Positions 16,341-26,353 of a stretch of 64,000 bases of DNA are shown here, in pieces. Below the pieces are notes generated by a model. The model made no database searches. It was not told the DNA's origin and saw only the letters and a program-made list of their open reading frames with translations. Each line of letters begins with the position of its first letter. The first letter of the stretch is position 1. Location: IMG/VR virus record IMGVR_UViG_3300044701_002172, positions 62,001 to 126,000 of that record. One strand, given 5' to 3'. Position numbers and translations under genes: made by a program. The DNA comes from an uncultured virus (IMG/VR IMGVR_UViG_3300044701_002172). Lineage: Duplodnaviria; Heunggongvirae; Uroviricota; Caudoviricetes.

Positions 16341-19300
16341 CAGTATGAAGCAACGGCACGAAGATCTTGAATCTTCGGAATATAAGCTGGGTCTTCAGTT
16401 TTCATAACAATTTTAATAGCAAATGATGTAAATTCTGGTAAATTATTAGCACTATATTTAAATTCTTGATAGAATGATTGCTTTTCAAATTGCCCAGAAA
16501 TTGAATTAGATACTGTAGCTAAATCATCATTATCAGGATTGCCATCTACATTGAAATAATTCCAATTAATGTCATCAAAATTAGATTGAGCCGATGTTTC
16601 TTTAATTTTATACAAAACTTTAACATTTTCCGTATCTTTTAAATTAATCGTTAATCTAACATCAATAGAAGTTCCTGGAGAATTGATCGAAACTTCTTTA
16701 GTGACATATTTAGAAACAGCGGAGCTATTCTTAGCATCAGTTTCTTTAACATAATCAACTCCAGTAGTAAATTCCATGGAAGCAACTTCCACATATTTTT
16801 CGTCAGAAGATCTTAAAATATCGCCAACTCTAAAAATATCTGGAGTTTGATTTGCTGAATTTTCTTGTCTAACAAAAGGACTATCTTTAGTAATTTTACT
16901 AGTATAATCATTATTAATTGGAGCATATGAATTTTCAACAATCATTTCTTTATCTTTGGAATCCCAAATAATTACTCTACCGTTAATTTTGTTTGAATAA
17001 TCTACGTTTACATTTTGTGGATAATAAGCAATTACGTTAGAATTTTCACTAAAGTTAAACTCTAGCTCAGAAATTGCCGAAATTGTAATATTTATTGTAT
17101 CAATTATAATCCCATCAGAACCAATTAATGTGGCAGTTTCATTTTGAATAAACGGAGTTTTGGTTTTTAATCTAATTAAAACAACGCTGTTAGTAATTTG
17201 AACAATTGTACCTTCTGCTTTAGATGTTGTTCCCACCAAAGTTTGGTTTTGTCCAAGCTGACCAGCTGTTCCTACAATGTTTAAAGATAAATTGTATAAA
17301 GGTAAGAAACGCAATATTTGATTTCTTTTTCCATATCTATTTTCAAACCCAGTAGAATTTTCTACACGAGAAGATTGAGTTTTTACCGAAGATAATCTTA
17401 AATCAATAACAGGAGAAATATTAGAATTGGAAGAAGATAAAATAAATTTATATGTGAGAGATCTATCAATTTGATTTAATGTTTCGTTAATTCTGGATGA
17501 TAATATTTTTTGATTAGTGAAAAACTGCTCTTCGTTAATAAAAGTCTTTTCAAAATCTGTTTGAGAATATGAAACATAATTAGTGGTGTTTGAATCTACA
17601 GGAACAATGTTAGTTGTCTTGACAAAAGATTCTACATTAGTGCCATCTAGTTTTAAAAATGCTACCTGAGCATAAAGTTTTTCGAATTTTCTATTATAAG
17701 AAGCGAGAACTTTATTTCCTCCCCCCAAAACGCTAGCCCCAGCTCTATTAGGACCCACAATATTGTATGTATCGATACCCGAATTAGTAATTTTGAATAA
17801 TTCACTATTTAAACTTACCGATGAAATACCGCCAACGTCTTCACAATTTTTAAAGAATACGTAAGATTTTCCTTTATCTTCAAATCCATTATCTCTGTGA
17901 GATACTTTAATAATAGAATTATTATTTTTAAATAATGATGAAGTAGCATTAGTAGCAGACCTTACACTAGTTTCAAATGGAGAAGTATCTAGAAGCTCGT
18001 AACCTAGGTTTTCATTTGTCACCAAAAGCTCGGCATTTCTTGAGGTATCAAATTCTGCTTTATAAAGGTTAAATTTAATATCTTCAAATAAATCTTCCGT
18101 CCAGTTGTCTGTGTTTTGTGATTTGTACACTGATCCTAATGAAGGTTGAGCGGAAACTACGTTGCTAGTAGAAATTTCAGTTTCTCCCAACTTAGAAGCC
18201 CACAACTCATATTCAATAGAATCTGTTTCAACGTTTAAAGCATACTCTGTGTTATTTTGTAAGTAAACTGGATATTTAAAATTAAATCTAGTAGGAACAG
18301 TAGATGGTGTCACACCGTCTCTATCGACAGCTACACCCATTGAAACCGCTGGGGCATCAATCTCAATTACTGACTCGATTACAGCTCCTCCTGAGCCCGT
18401 ACCGACGCCTCTAATAACAACTGACGGGGCTTCGGTATATCCCCTACCAGTTAATGATAAGTTTGTGTTATAAATTTTTCCTTCAGAAACATCAACTGTA
18501 CCCGTGGCTGTACTGCCACCTGGCAATTGAGGACTTTCAATAATAATAGTAGCACTTGTATAATTTTCGCCCACCTGAGTCACTTTTAAGTCAACAACTT
18601 TTCCAGAATCCTTAGCTATAAACACAGACACATTAGTATTGTTTCTGGCATTATACTCTCGAATAGAAGGTATAATTAATTGTTCATTTTGTACAAATGA
18701 TACTCCATTATGATTTTCTAAAATTAAAGTATATACTTGTTCTTTATTTAATTCAAAAGTTGTTGATGTTTCGTCTCCAATTTGAATATTATTTTTATCA
18801 AATACTTTTAAAACAGGTCCACTAGCGTTGGAATTTTTTCCATTGACGAATTCAGATTTTTTAATGGAGATAGTTTCTACATCTCCTGTTACGTAAATTT
18901 TTAATAAAGTTTCTGGTCTTAGAGTACATTCAGATCCAGGAACAATATATTTTCCAGGCTTACCAGTATCAACGTTAGTCAAATAAGTTCTAATTGGAAT
19001 CGAAGAACTCTTCTTGGCAAAATATAAATCAACGCCAGTAACAAATATACCCCCCTCGTAATTTTCAATTTTAATAGTTTGAGCTAGAGGATTTGGTTTA
19101 ATTTCTAAATCAGTATTGCTATTAACAAGCTGAACTCCTTCGTTTGCTTTAAAGAATGCTGTTTCTGTAGATACAATAGAAGGAGGATTTTGTGGAATTA
19201 CACCAGTAGCATAGAATTTAACATCAGCATAAGTATCTACATTTTCTTTAATTTCGTTTGAAGAACTCGAAGTAAATCTAATTGTTTTAGCTCCAGCAAC

Positions 19301-22300
19301 AAATCTAATTTCTTCTGAATTTTCGTCATAAGAAATTGTGTCTGGATTACCAGTCCATCTGCTATTTTCAGTTGGTGCTTTGCCAGCAGGAATCAATATA
19401 ATACCACTCAAATTTCCATTAATGTCAGTTACTAAAGGAGAATTAAATGTAGATAAAGAATTTCCAGGTACACCAGTAAACCTAGTATCAGGAACAATCC
19501 ACTTACCAATATCTCTATTGTCCATAAAGACGTAAACTTTGGTATTTGGTTTTAATCTATTGACAACAAATTTTACAGGAATAGATCTAGCAAAGAATTG
19601 TAATTCAGTAGAAACACTAGTTTCGTTTACTGTTTTTGAGTTTACTCCTTTAGCTAATTCGTTGTTTTGTGTGCTTACATTTGAAGAGCTAGCAACTAAA
19701 GCATTTGTTACAGATGATTGAATTTCTTCACTATTAATATTGGCAAGTGATTCAATATTGTAGAAAGATTTATTAGTTCCTGTCCAATTAACAATAAATG
19801 AATTGTGTAAACTAGCAAATGATTCTTTTACATCTTCTTTGGCTAAGAAAATTGTATTTAATTTTGTGTTCGTATCGTTTACTAATGGAGCTACAGTTGT
19901 GTCATACCATTGATCTATAGTGGGAGAAAGCGACCCCTCTCCAACATATTGAATTACAACAAATGGATTTGGATTTAAAGTTTTTGTAGCATTATCATTG
20001 CCTAAAAATTTTAAGCTCTTGAATGGAAGAGTGATCACTCCATTATTATTAACATATCCAGCAACACTTCTTTGATCAGTTCTCGTATTAACTTCAACTA
20101 AACCAAAACAATCTTCTTTTGTTTGTGGTCTTAATACAGATTGCTGTGAGTCAATAGCACATCTATAATCAATGGAAGATAGATTGCCTACTTTATGAGC
20201 TTCAAAGTTATCTACAATAAAACCGCTCTTAAATCTATCTAAACCAATTTCATCCTTAACTTGCATATTTAATGCTTGCTGCTCAAGGATACTTAAAGTA
20301 GTATAATATTCTAGTCTTTCAATTCTTTTCTCAAGCTTTCCAATATCCTTCATTGTATAACGTCTATTGTTAACAGGGATAATTCTTACATCTTTACTGT
20401 TATTTGTGTAAGCAGGAATATGAAGATAGCATAAAGCAATAGCATCATCAACAGGATCTGGTTTCGATGGATTTAATGAAGAATTGCCTTGTTTTACGAT
20501 AAAATCACCTTTCTTAGTTAAGAATACACCATCAATACGATCTAAGTACTGAGTTTCTGTAAATGAAACTGTATATTCTAAATTACTATCGGATGCTGGG
20601 GTTAAGGAAGTTACACCACCAGATCCAACAAAGTTTACATAATCTCTTCCGTTTGGATTGGATAAAATTGAAATGTCTTGGAAACCAGTGACGGTAGTTT
20701 CACTGTCTACTTTTGGTCTAAAATCAATAGCATCCTTGAGTGAAATTACGCCATTAACAGAAGAATTGAATAGTGGAATTTCATCTACAGAAACTCCAGC
20801 TTCGTGTAGATAAGAATCTACAGTACAAAAATCTCCTTGTGAATGTTCAAAATAATCAAACGCAACTACCAATTGTCCAGTTGGGGGATCAAAACCAGGC
20901 TTCAATACAATTCTAGAAACATCGTAGAAAGTATCTCTTTGACCATCATCAAAAGTAAATTTGTATGTAATGTCAGTACCACTTACTAGGTTGCCATTGG
21001 CATCCACATTAGGTGGGTTTGTTGTTGTGCCTTCGTAAATATATCTTAATTTGTAAGCATCTGAATATGAGAAAGTTTCAATGGTTTCTCCGTCATAATC
21101 CTGCCCCCTCAAAGGAATTACTCTATCTCCACTAGAAATCACTACAACTCTTTTATTTCTTATAGCAGTTTTTAATCTAGGTCTTGCTTTATCAATTTCG
21201 ATAGTAGCAGTTAACTTAAGTTTGGGAAATGTGCCACCTAGAGGAATATCCCCAAAGTAATTTGTTGGTAAATTAATTACAAAAGCTCCAGCAGAAACTT
21301 GATTAGCACTAATTTCCGATTGAATAATACTTACATTATCTGGAGAAATGTAAACAATATCACCATTATCAACTACAGTAGAAGAACCTCTATCTAAAAC
21401 AGTTACAATATAATTATTTTCGTTAAAGTTTACAAACCTTTGTGTTCCTATTGGTAATTGAGCAGTAAATGTTATATTTCCACCACTGGAAGAAAGATCA
21501 GTAATAAAATCTTTTCTCACATAATACTTGAATTTTGTATCACTAGTATCTTTAATTAAAGAACCAACTTGCTTAGAGCCTGTTGGAAATACTAATGTGG
21601 AACTATTAGCATTTTGAATGTTTGGTCTTAGTCTAATAATAGAAGCATTACTAATATCATCTGGAAGAGCATAATCTAGATAAATTCTAGATTTGATAAT
21701 TCCTTCTGGATCAGTTACGTACTGAACAATATTTCTAATCACATTGTTATTCACATCGGTGAATTGAATAAGATCACCTTGAACTAAATCCTTGGATAAA
21801 TTAGCACCAAAACCATTACACTCAATATATTTTCTTCCTCTATATCCAAAGAAAGTGAAATCTGTTATTTGAGTATATGTAGAATATTCTGTATTTGAAA
21901 CGTCAATATCAGCAGTGAATTTGTAATTATTGTATGTCGAAGAAAATGATTTAATATTTTGTGGCGTGTAAGTTAAAACAGAATTTTTATTTAAAACTGG
22001 AACTACTGTAGCAGCATTTGTTGATATAGATGGTGCTGGGGTTACTGTAACTATGGGTGGAGATGAATAAGTTGAGGAAAGTCCATTTCTATCGACGATA
22101 GAAACTGAATAAATTGTCCCTCCGTATTCTTTTACTAATACTTTCGATTGATCAATTTCTTGTCCATTTACAACAATTTTTGAAGTTGATGGATATGAAT
22201 TTCCTCCATTAGTAACAATAAAGTGAGAAATTGTATTATCTTTAGCAATTTTAAGTGAGTTACCATCTTCATCAAGAATTGTTTCTCCTGAAACAAATGT

Positions 22301-24415
22301 ACCAGATAATGTGGTTACAAATAATGTATTACCAAAAGTATAATTTGCTGTTGTATCTGATTCAATAACACCATAAGCACCACTAGTTCTGCCAATGATA
22401 TATTTGCCTGTAGTAAACCCAGTATCTACTAATGTATCAGTTTTAATTTTAGTGAAAAATACAGGATTAAAATAAGAAAAATTAAATGTAGCATCGTAAG
22501 GTCTGGTGTTAGAACCAGTCCTTCCCTTGGAAATAATAATATCAGTATCGTCGTTAAACCCAGATGCTCTTTTTACCAATGAAAAATCCTTTGGTTTGGC
22601 AATACCAATAATTGGGGTAATAGTTTCGTTGTAGTCAACAATTAATCCATAAACTGATTGACCTGAATTTGATAATGCTTCTACTTCAGTTAAATATAAA
22701 AATCTTTTTTTCGAAGGACTGCCTTCATCATATTCAAGAAAATAAGAATCTAGTAACGCTTTTTCTCCTACAACAGTAAATTCAATATAAAATTGACCGC
22801 TTGATTCGGAAACTTCTGGTCTTCTAACCACCGAATGACCAATAACATCAGCATAATCAACAGTTGATGCTAGTCCACCACTTCTGGTTTTAATAAACCA
22901 AAGTCTAGTTGGAAAATCAGTTTCCAGAGAGGGAAGTTCTCCTGTTACTTGTACGTAAATAGTTTTAATAGCATCACTTAAGGTGAAAGGAATAGATCTT
23001 CTATTTTTAGTTTGTTTAAAATATAAAGAAGATTCTTCGTTATTTAAACCAATAGTTCCATCATTAAAAACAGAATTTAATAGAATGTTTGGCGTTGAAG
23101 TAATTTCATCGCCAATCGTGTTTAACGGAACAGTGCCATATAAATTAGTAATTTTAAATTGAGATAATCCTTTAGTTTTAATAGTTACATTATCTCTAAC
23201 TATAGTATCTCTAGCTTTGTCAACAGTAATATTTTTAGTTTCTTTGTTTACAATTTCAAATCCTTTTACGTAAGCTTTTCCAGAACCTACACCAAGAATC
23301 ATTTTAGCTAAAGCTTCCGAAGGCTCTAGATCATTTACTTTATTAGTTGTAGAATTTAATTTATAAATTCCATTGTTGTTATCTTTTTGGTAGTATTCTC
23401 TTACATCAAAAGCAAAATTATCTACAACATAATCACCAGATTCATCATAAGTTCTTCTGGCGAGAGTTTCTTCTAATAATGTATAATCAGCAGGTTTAAT
23501 TTGCTTTTCAATTACTCCAGAATTAATTTGAAGTAATTGAATAAAGTTTTTATCCGTTTGAGCTAGATAATCAAATTTTTGTAGCTCTAAATCTATTTTT
23601 AATCTATGTGCTCCAGGAGAAGAAAAATTAGAATATCCTCTGGAATTATCATACAAAGAGGCATCTTCTTCTGGAGTTACAATAGATTCTTTGATTACAA
23701 AACCAACTTTTGCTGATGGTTTATCGTAATATTTGTCAATAATTGATATTTGAGTTTTATTTTGTACAAAATATCCATTTACAAAATACACACCCTGGTT
23801 TACTTCCACAGCAGAAGCAAAGCCCATAGCAGGGCTTTGTAGACTAGTTGTTTCTTCTGTGATGGGATTAGTTACAAAAATACTAGTTGGAAGAACACTA
23901 CCATCTGTTCCTACAACTAGTAAAGGAGTATTTACGCCACCAACAACTTCTAGAGTTTCTCCTTGTCTAAAAGTAGTTTCGTTATTGGCGTCACCACTTG
24001 TTAAATAATTGACAAAAATTGTATCTGCTTCTGTTTCTGAACCATAAGAAGTTTCGATAACAGAAGCAACCACGCCCGAATTAATGCCTCTTAATTCGGA
24101 GCCAATTAATTGTTTAATATCATATTTTTTGTATACAATATTGCCATTCTCGTTAACAGCAACTTCAGATACAGAAGACAATTTAACATAGTTTAGTTTG
24201 TTGTTTAAACCAACTTCACCTGGAATTACTAATTCCCCTTGCTTAAATTGAAACTTTCCGTAATTCTCAATTTGATTTTGAAGAATAGACTGGAGGGAGG
24301 TTAACTCCCTCGTCTGAATTGAATATCCAGGTCTAAAAAGAACTTTATAAAAATTCTTTGAAGGATCAAAATCGTCATAATATGGCGCTACATTAAGATT
24401 TGTCTTCTGTGGCAT
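16340..24415 (-). CDS. VrlC-like / DUF4815 large baseplate-tail structural protein (2691 aa)
   Basis: N-terminus MPQKTNLNVAPYYDDFD..FYKVLFRPG..Q.RELT.LQSILQNQ; LARRTYDESGDY; RYTMKDIGKLEKRIERLEYYT; C-terminal P.IQDLRAVA. Confidence 0.85.
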   Translation of the reverse strand: MPQKTNLNVAPYYDDFDPSKNFYKVLFRPGYSIQTRELTSLQSILQNQIENYGKFQFKQGELVIPGEVGLNNKLNYVKLSSVSEVAVNENGNIVYKKYDIKQLIGSELRGINSGVVASVIETSYGSETEADTIFVNYLTSGDANNETTFRQGETLEVVGGVNTPLLVVGTDGSVLPTSIFVTNPITEETTSLQSPAMGFASAVEVNQGVYFVNGYFVQNKTQISIIDKYYDKPSAKVGFVIKESIVTPEEDASLYDNSRGYSNFSSPGAHRLKIDLELQKFDYLAQTDKNFIQLLQINSGVIEKQIKPADYTLLEETLARRTYDESGDYVVDNFAFDVREYYQKDNNNGIYKLNSTTNKVNDLEPSEALAKMILGVGSGKAYVKGFEIVNKETKNITVDKARDTIVRDNVTIKTKGLSQFKITNLYGTVPLNTIGDEITSTPNILLNSVFNDGTIGLNNEESSLYFKQTKNRRSIPFTLSDAIKTIYVQVTGELPSLETDFPTRLWFIKTRSGGLASTVDYADVIGHSVVRRPEVSESSGQFYIEFTVVGEKALLDSYFLEYDEGSPSKKRFLYLTEVEALSNSGQSVYGLIVDYNETITPIIGIAKPKDFSLVKRASGFNDDTDIIISKGRTGSNTRPYDATFNFSYFNPVFFTKIKTDTLVDTGFTTGKYIIGRTSGAYGVIESDTTANYTFGNTLFVTTLSGTFVSGETILDEDGNSLKIAKDNTISHFIVTNGGNSYPSTSKIVVNGQEIDQSKVLVKEYGGTIYSVSIVDRNGLSSTYSSPPIVTVTPAPSISTNAATVVPVLNKNSVLTYTPQNIKSFSSTYNNYKFTADIDVSNTEYSTYTQITDFTFFGYRGRKYIECNGFGANLSKDLVQGDLIQFTDVNNNVIRNIVQYVTDPEGIIKSRIYLDYALPDDISNASIIRLRPNIQNANSSTLVFPTGSKQVGSLIKDTSDTKFKYYVRKDFITDLSSSGGNITFTAQLPIGTQRFVNFNENNYIVTVLDRGSSTVVDNGDIVYISPDNVSIIQSEISANQVSAGAFVINLPTNYFGDIPLGGTFPKLKLTATIEIDKARPRLKTAIRNKRVVVISSGDRVIPLRGQDYDGETIETFSYSDAYKLRYIYEGTTTNPPNVDANGNLVSGTDITYKFTFDDGQRDTFYDVSRIVLKPGFDPPTGQLVVAFDYFEHSQGDFCTVDSYLHEAGVSVDEIPLFNSSVNGVISLKDAIDFRPKVDSETTVTGFQDISILSNPNGRDYVNFVGSGGVTSLTPASDSNLEYTVSFTETQYLDRIDGVFLTKKGDFIVKQGNSSLNPSKPDPVDDAIALCYLHIPAYTNNSKDVRIIPVNNRRYTMKDIGKLEKRIERLEYYTTLSILEQQALNMQVKDEIGLDRFKSGFIVDNFEAHKVGNLSSIDYRCAIDSQQSVLRPQTKEDCFGLVEVNTRTDQRSVAGYVNNNGVITLPFKSLKFLGNDNATKTLNPNPFVVIQYVGEGSLSPTIDQWYDTTVAPLVNDTNTKLNTIFLAKEDVKESFASLHNSFIVNWTGTNKSFYNIESLANINSEEIQSSVTNALVASSSNVSTQNNELAKGVNSKTVNETSVSTELQFFARSIPVKFVVNRLKPNTKVYVFMDNRDIGKWIVPDTRFTGVPGNSLSTFNSPLVTDINGNLSGIILIPAGKAPTENSRWTGNPDTISYDENSEEIRFVAGAKTIRFTSSSSNEIKENVDTYADVKFYATGVIPQNPPSIVSTETAFFKANEGVQLVNSNTDLEIKPNPLAQTIKIENYEGGIFVTGVDLYFAKKSSSIPIRTYLTNVDTGKPGKYIVPGSECTLRPETLLKIYVTGDVETISIKKSEFVNGKNSNASGPVLKVFDKNNIQIGDETSTTFELNKEQVYTLILENHNGVSFVQNEQLIIPSIREYNARNNTNVSVFIAKDSGKVVDLKVTQVGENYTSATIIIESPQLPGGSTATGTVDVSEGKIYNTNLSLTGRGYTEAPSVVIRGVGTGSGGAVIESVIEIDAPAVSMGVAVDRDGVTPSTVPTRFNFKYPVYLQNNTEYALNVETDSIEYELWASKLGETEISTSNVVSAQPSLGSVYKSQNTDNWTEDLFEDIKFNLYKAEFDTSRNAELLVTNENLGYELLDTSPFETSVRSATNATSSLFKNNNSIIKVSHRDNGFEDKGKSYVFFKNCEDVGGISSVSLNSELFKITNSGIDTYNIVGPNRAGASVLGGGNKVLASYNRKFEKLYAQVAFLKLDGTNVESFVKTTNIVPVDSNTTNYVSYSQTDFEKTFINEEQFFTNQKILSSRINETLNQIDRSLTYKFILSSSNSNISPVIDLRLSSVKTQSSRVENSTGFENRYGKRNQILRFLPLYNLSLNIVGTAGQLGQNQTLVGTTSKAEGTIVQITNSVVLIRLKTKTPFIQNETATLIGSDGIIIDTINITISAISELEFNFSENSNVIAYYPQNVNVDYSNKINGRVIIWDSKDKEMIVENSYAPINNDYTSKITKDSPFVRQENSANQTPDIFRVGDILRSSDEKYVEVASMEFTTGVDYVKETDAKNSSAVSKYVTKEVSINSPGTSIDVRLTINLKDTENVKVLYKIKETSAQSNFDDINWNYFNVDGNPDNDDLATVSNSISGQFEKQSFYQEFKYSANNLPEFTSFAIKIVMKTEDPAYIPKIQDLRAVASY

Positions 24416-24449
24416 TTTACCCCGACATTATACTAGTATCTCGTAGTAT

Positions 24450-24456
24450 TATTTAG
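24450..24456 (-). promoter_or_regulatory. Late promoter (CTAAATA)
   Basis: Intergenic between gp8 and the VrlC-like gene. Confidence 0.55.
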
Positions 24457-24474
24457 AAGGGTAAAATGTATAAA

Positions 24475-26304
24475 TCAGAACTCAATAACTAGCTTGATAT
24501 CTTCGATTTGGTCAGGGGCTCTTGTGATGAGTCTTCTGTTTTCTACGTAGATAATTTCGCCAGAATTGTTTTCGATTTCTGGAGTAGCAACACCAGAAGC
24601 AAAAGTTACACCAGCAAGAACAGCATTGTTAGCTGTATCTACATTACCAGAAGATAGAGAAGAAACACCAGTTACAGCATTAGCACCATTTGATTCAAAT
24701 GCTCTTACTACTCCATTATCGGTATGTAAATCAGGGGATTGGATATACTTAAGAACACCTGATGTGGTGCTTCCAGAATCCAATGTCCAAGAAACTACAG
24801 TACCAAAAGCAGTGCCACCAGTAACAGTCTGTGAAATAACTTCGTCAGATTGATAATCAGCCGTAGCCCCAGTAATTTTAAGAGCACGTACACCACTCAG
24901 AGTCGAAGTGGTAGCAAAAGTAGTAGTACCAAAAGCATATGGATCCTTGATAATACCAATTCTACGGAAGTCGTTATCTACAGGGAAATCGCCATTTCCT
25001 TCGGCATAAGTCAAACGAATGTTTGTCATTACACGCTTTCCGTTAAGCTCCATTTCCATGTCAGAACCATGACCACCCTGAGGTGAAATGATAGGCTCTA
25101 GAGCGCCAGTAGCAGTGCCACCAACGCTCACAGAAGCTGTTAAAGCACTATCGCTGAATAATCCATAAGCAGTAGCTCCAGAACCAGTACCAGTTTTTAA
25201 AGGAACTGAAGCATAAGTATATCCAGTGCCAGCATCAACTACTGATACGCTAGTTACAGCACCGCCACTAACTACTAATGTAACTTTACCACCAGAACCA
25301 TCGCCAATAATAGGAGCAAAGTGTGTTCCAGTTGGGAGGTTAGCTCCAGCATTTTCAATTAGAGCAACATGTACAGCACCATTTACGGCACCAGCTTCTA
25401 CAGCAACTCTAGAAGGCTCTGTAGGAGCTACGATAGGCATAAAGTCAGTTGATAGGAAACGTAGTACGTCATCAGTTGGGATGGTGTACATGTACTTCCA
25501 AACATAGCCAGCGGTTCCCGCCTCTTCGGTGAATAAACCACCACTATAAGTGCCTTGGCCAGCTGAAGGAGTTGTTTTTGGTTCGTTTGTAGCGTTTTGG
25601 CCAGTTGTGTTTGCTGGAGTTTCACCATTATATAAACACTTAAATACTTCGTAATTTGAGTTAATTACATAGAACTTAGCATCAGCAATAGAAGTAGCAC
25701 CAGTAGCTGAAGCCTTACCAATTAGACCACCACTACCTGGGGTAGCAGAATAGTCAGGTTTCCACATGTCAAACTTAGGATTGGCAACCAAATCCCAGTT
25801 ATAACGTCTAATTACAGTTCTAGCAAATTCCGAAGTAACTCTTTTAGCAGCAATAATGTCATCATAGACATCATACTTTTCTTTTTGGTTGTCTAGTGGT
25901 ACTGGGGGAACATCTTCCGTAGCGTAACGATATACCCCAGTTAAAGCTTGGGCACCAGTATCAGCAACACCATTCCAACCTTTTAGTGTAGAACCTACAG
26001 CAGGAGCAGAGCTAACGGTAGGTCCAATGCTATAAAGTAAAAGGCTATTTTCGTATACTTTTCTTACAACTGCTTTGAATGTGGCAGCGCCATAAGAAGA
26101 GCCAACATAAACCTCATCGCCATCAACAAAAGCGGTGGCATTTTTGTTATAAACTTCTAGGTAAGCATCCCAACGCTGAGGACGACCTACAAAAAAATAC
26201 ATTCTAGTTCTTTCGGCGCTGGTGTCTGTACTGCCTTCCGAAAGAGATTCTAGAAACTGTTTAGCATTAAAAATTCTAAACTTATCTGAAATAATAGCAG
26301 CCAT
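24475..26304 (-). CDS. gp8: Baseplate wedge subunit gp8
   Basis: MAAIISDKFRIFNA; FYVINSNYEVFKCLYN; GYVWKYMYT; DFRRIGIIKDP; SGEIIYVENR..ITRA.DQIEDIKLVIEF; synteny gp6-gp7-gp8. Confidence 0.9.
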   Translation of the reverse strand: MAAIISDKFRIFNAKQFLESLSEGSTDTSAERTRMYFFVGRPQRWDAYLEVYNKNATAFVDGDEVYVGSSYGAATFKAVVRKVYENSLLLYSIGPTVSSAPAVGSTLKGWNGVADTGAQALTGVYRYATEDVPPVPLDNQKEKYDVYDDIIAAKRVTSEFARTVIRRYNWDLVANPKFDMWKPDYSATPGSGGLIGKASATGATSIADAKFYVINSNYEVFKCLYNGETPANTTGQNATNEPKTTPSAGQGTYSGGLFTEEAGTAGYVWKYMYTIPTDDVLRFLSTDFMPIVAPTEPSRVAVEAGAVNGAVHVALIENAGANLPTGTHFAPIIGDGSGGKVTLVVSGGAVTSVSVVDAGTGYTYASVPLKTGTGSGATAYGLFSDSALTASVSVGGTATGALEPIISPQGGHGSDMEMELNGKRVMTNIRLTYAEGNGDFPVDNDFRRIGIIKDPYAFGTTTFATTSTLSGVRALKITGATADYQSDEVISQTVTGGTAFGTVVSWTLDSGSTTSGVLKYIQSPDLHTDNGVVRAFESNGANAVTGVSSLSSGNVDTANNAVLAGVTFASGVATPEIENNSGEIIYVENRRLITRAPDQIEDIKLVIEF

Positions 26305-26339
26305 TGAAGAATCTCTCTATTGAAATTATTTGTCTGATT

Positions 26340-26353
26340 TATTTATATTTATA
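26340..26353 (-). promoter_or_regulatory. Two overlapping T4 late promoters (TATAAATA x2)
   Basis: tatttata at 26340-26347 and 26346-26353, upstream of gp8. Confidence 0.75.
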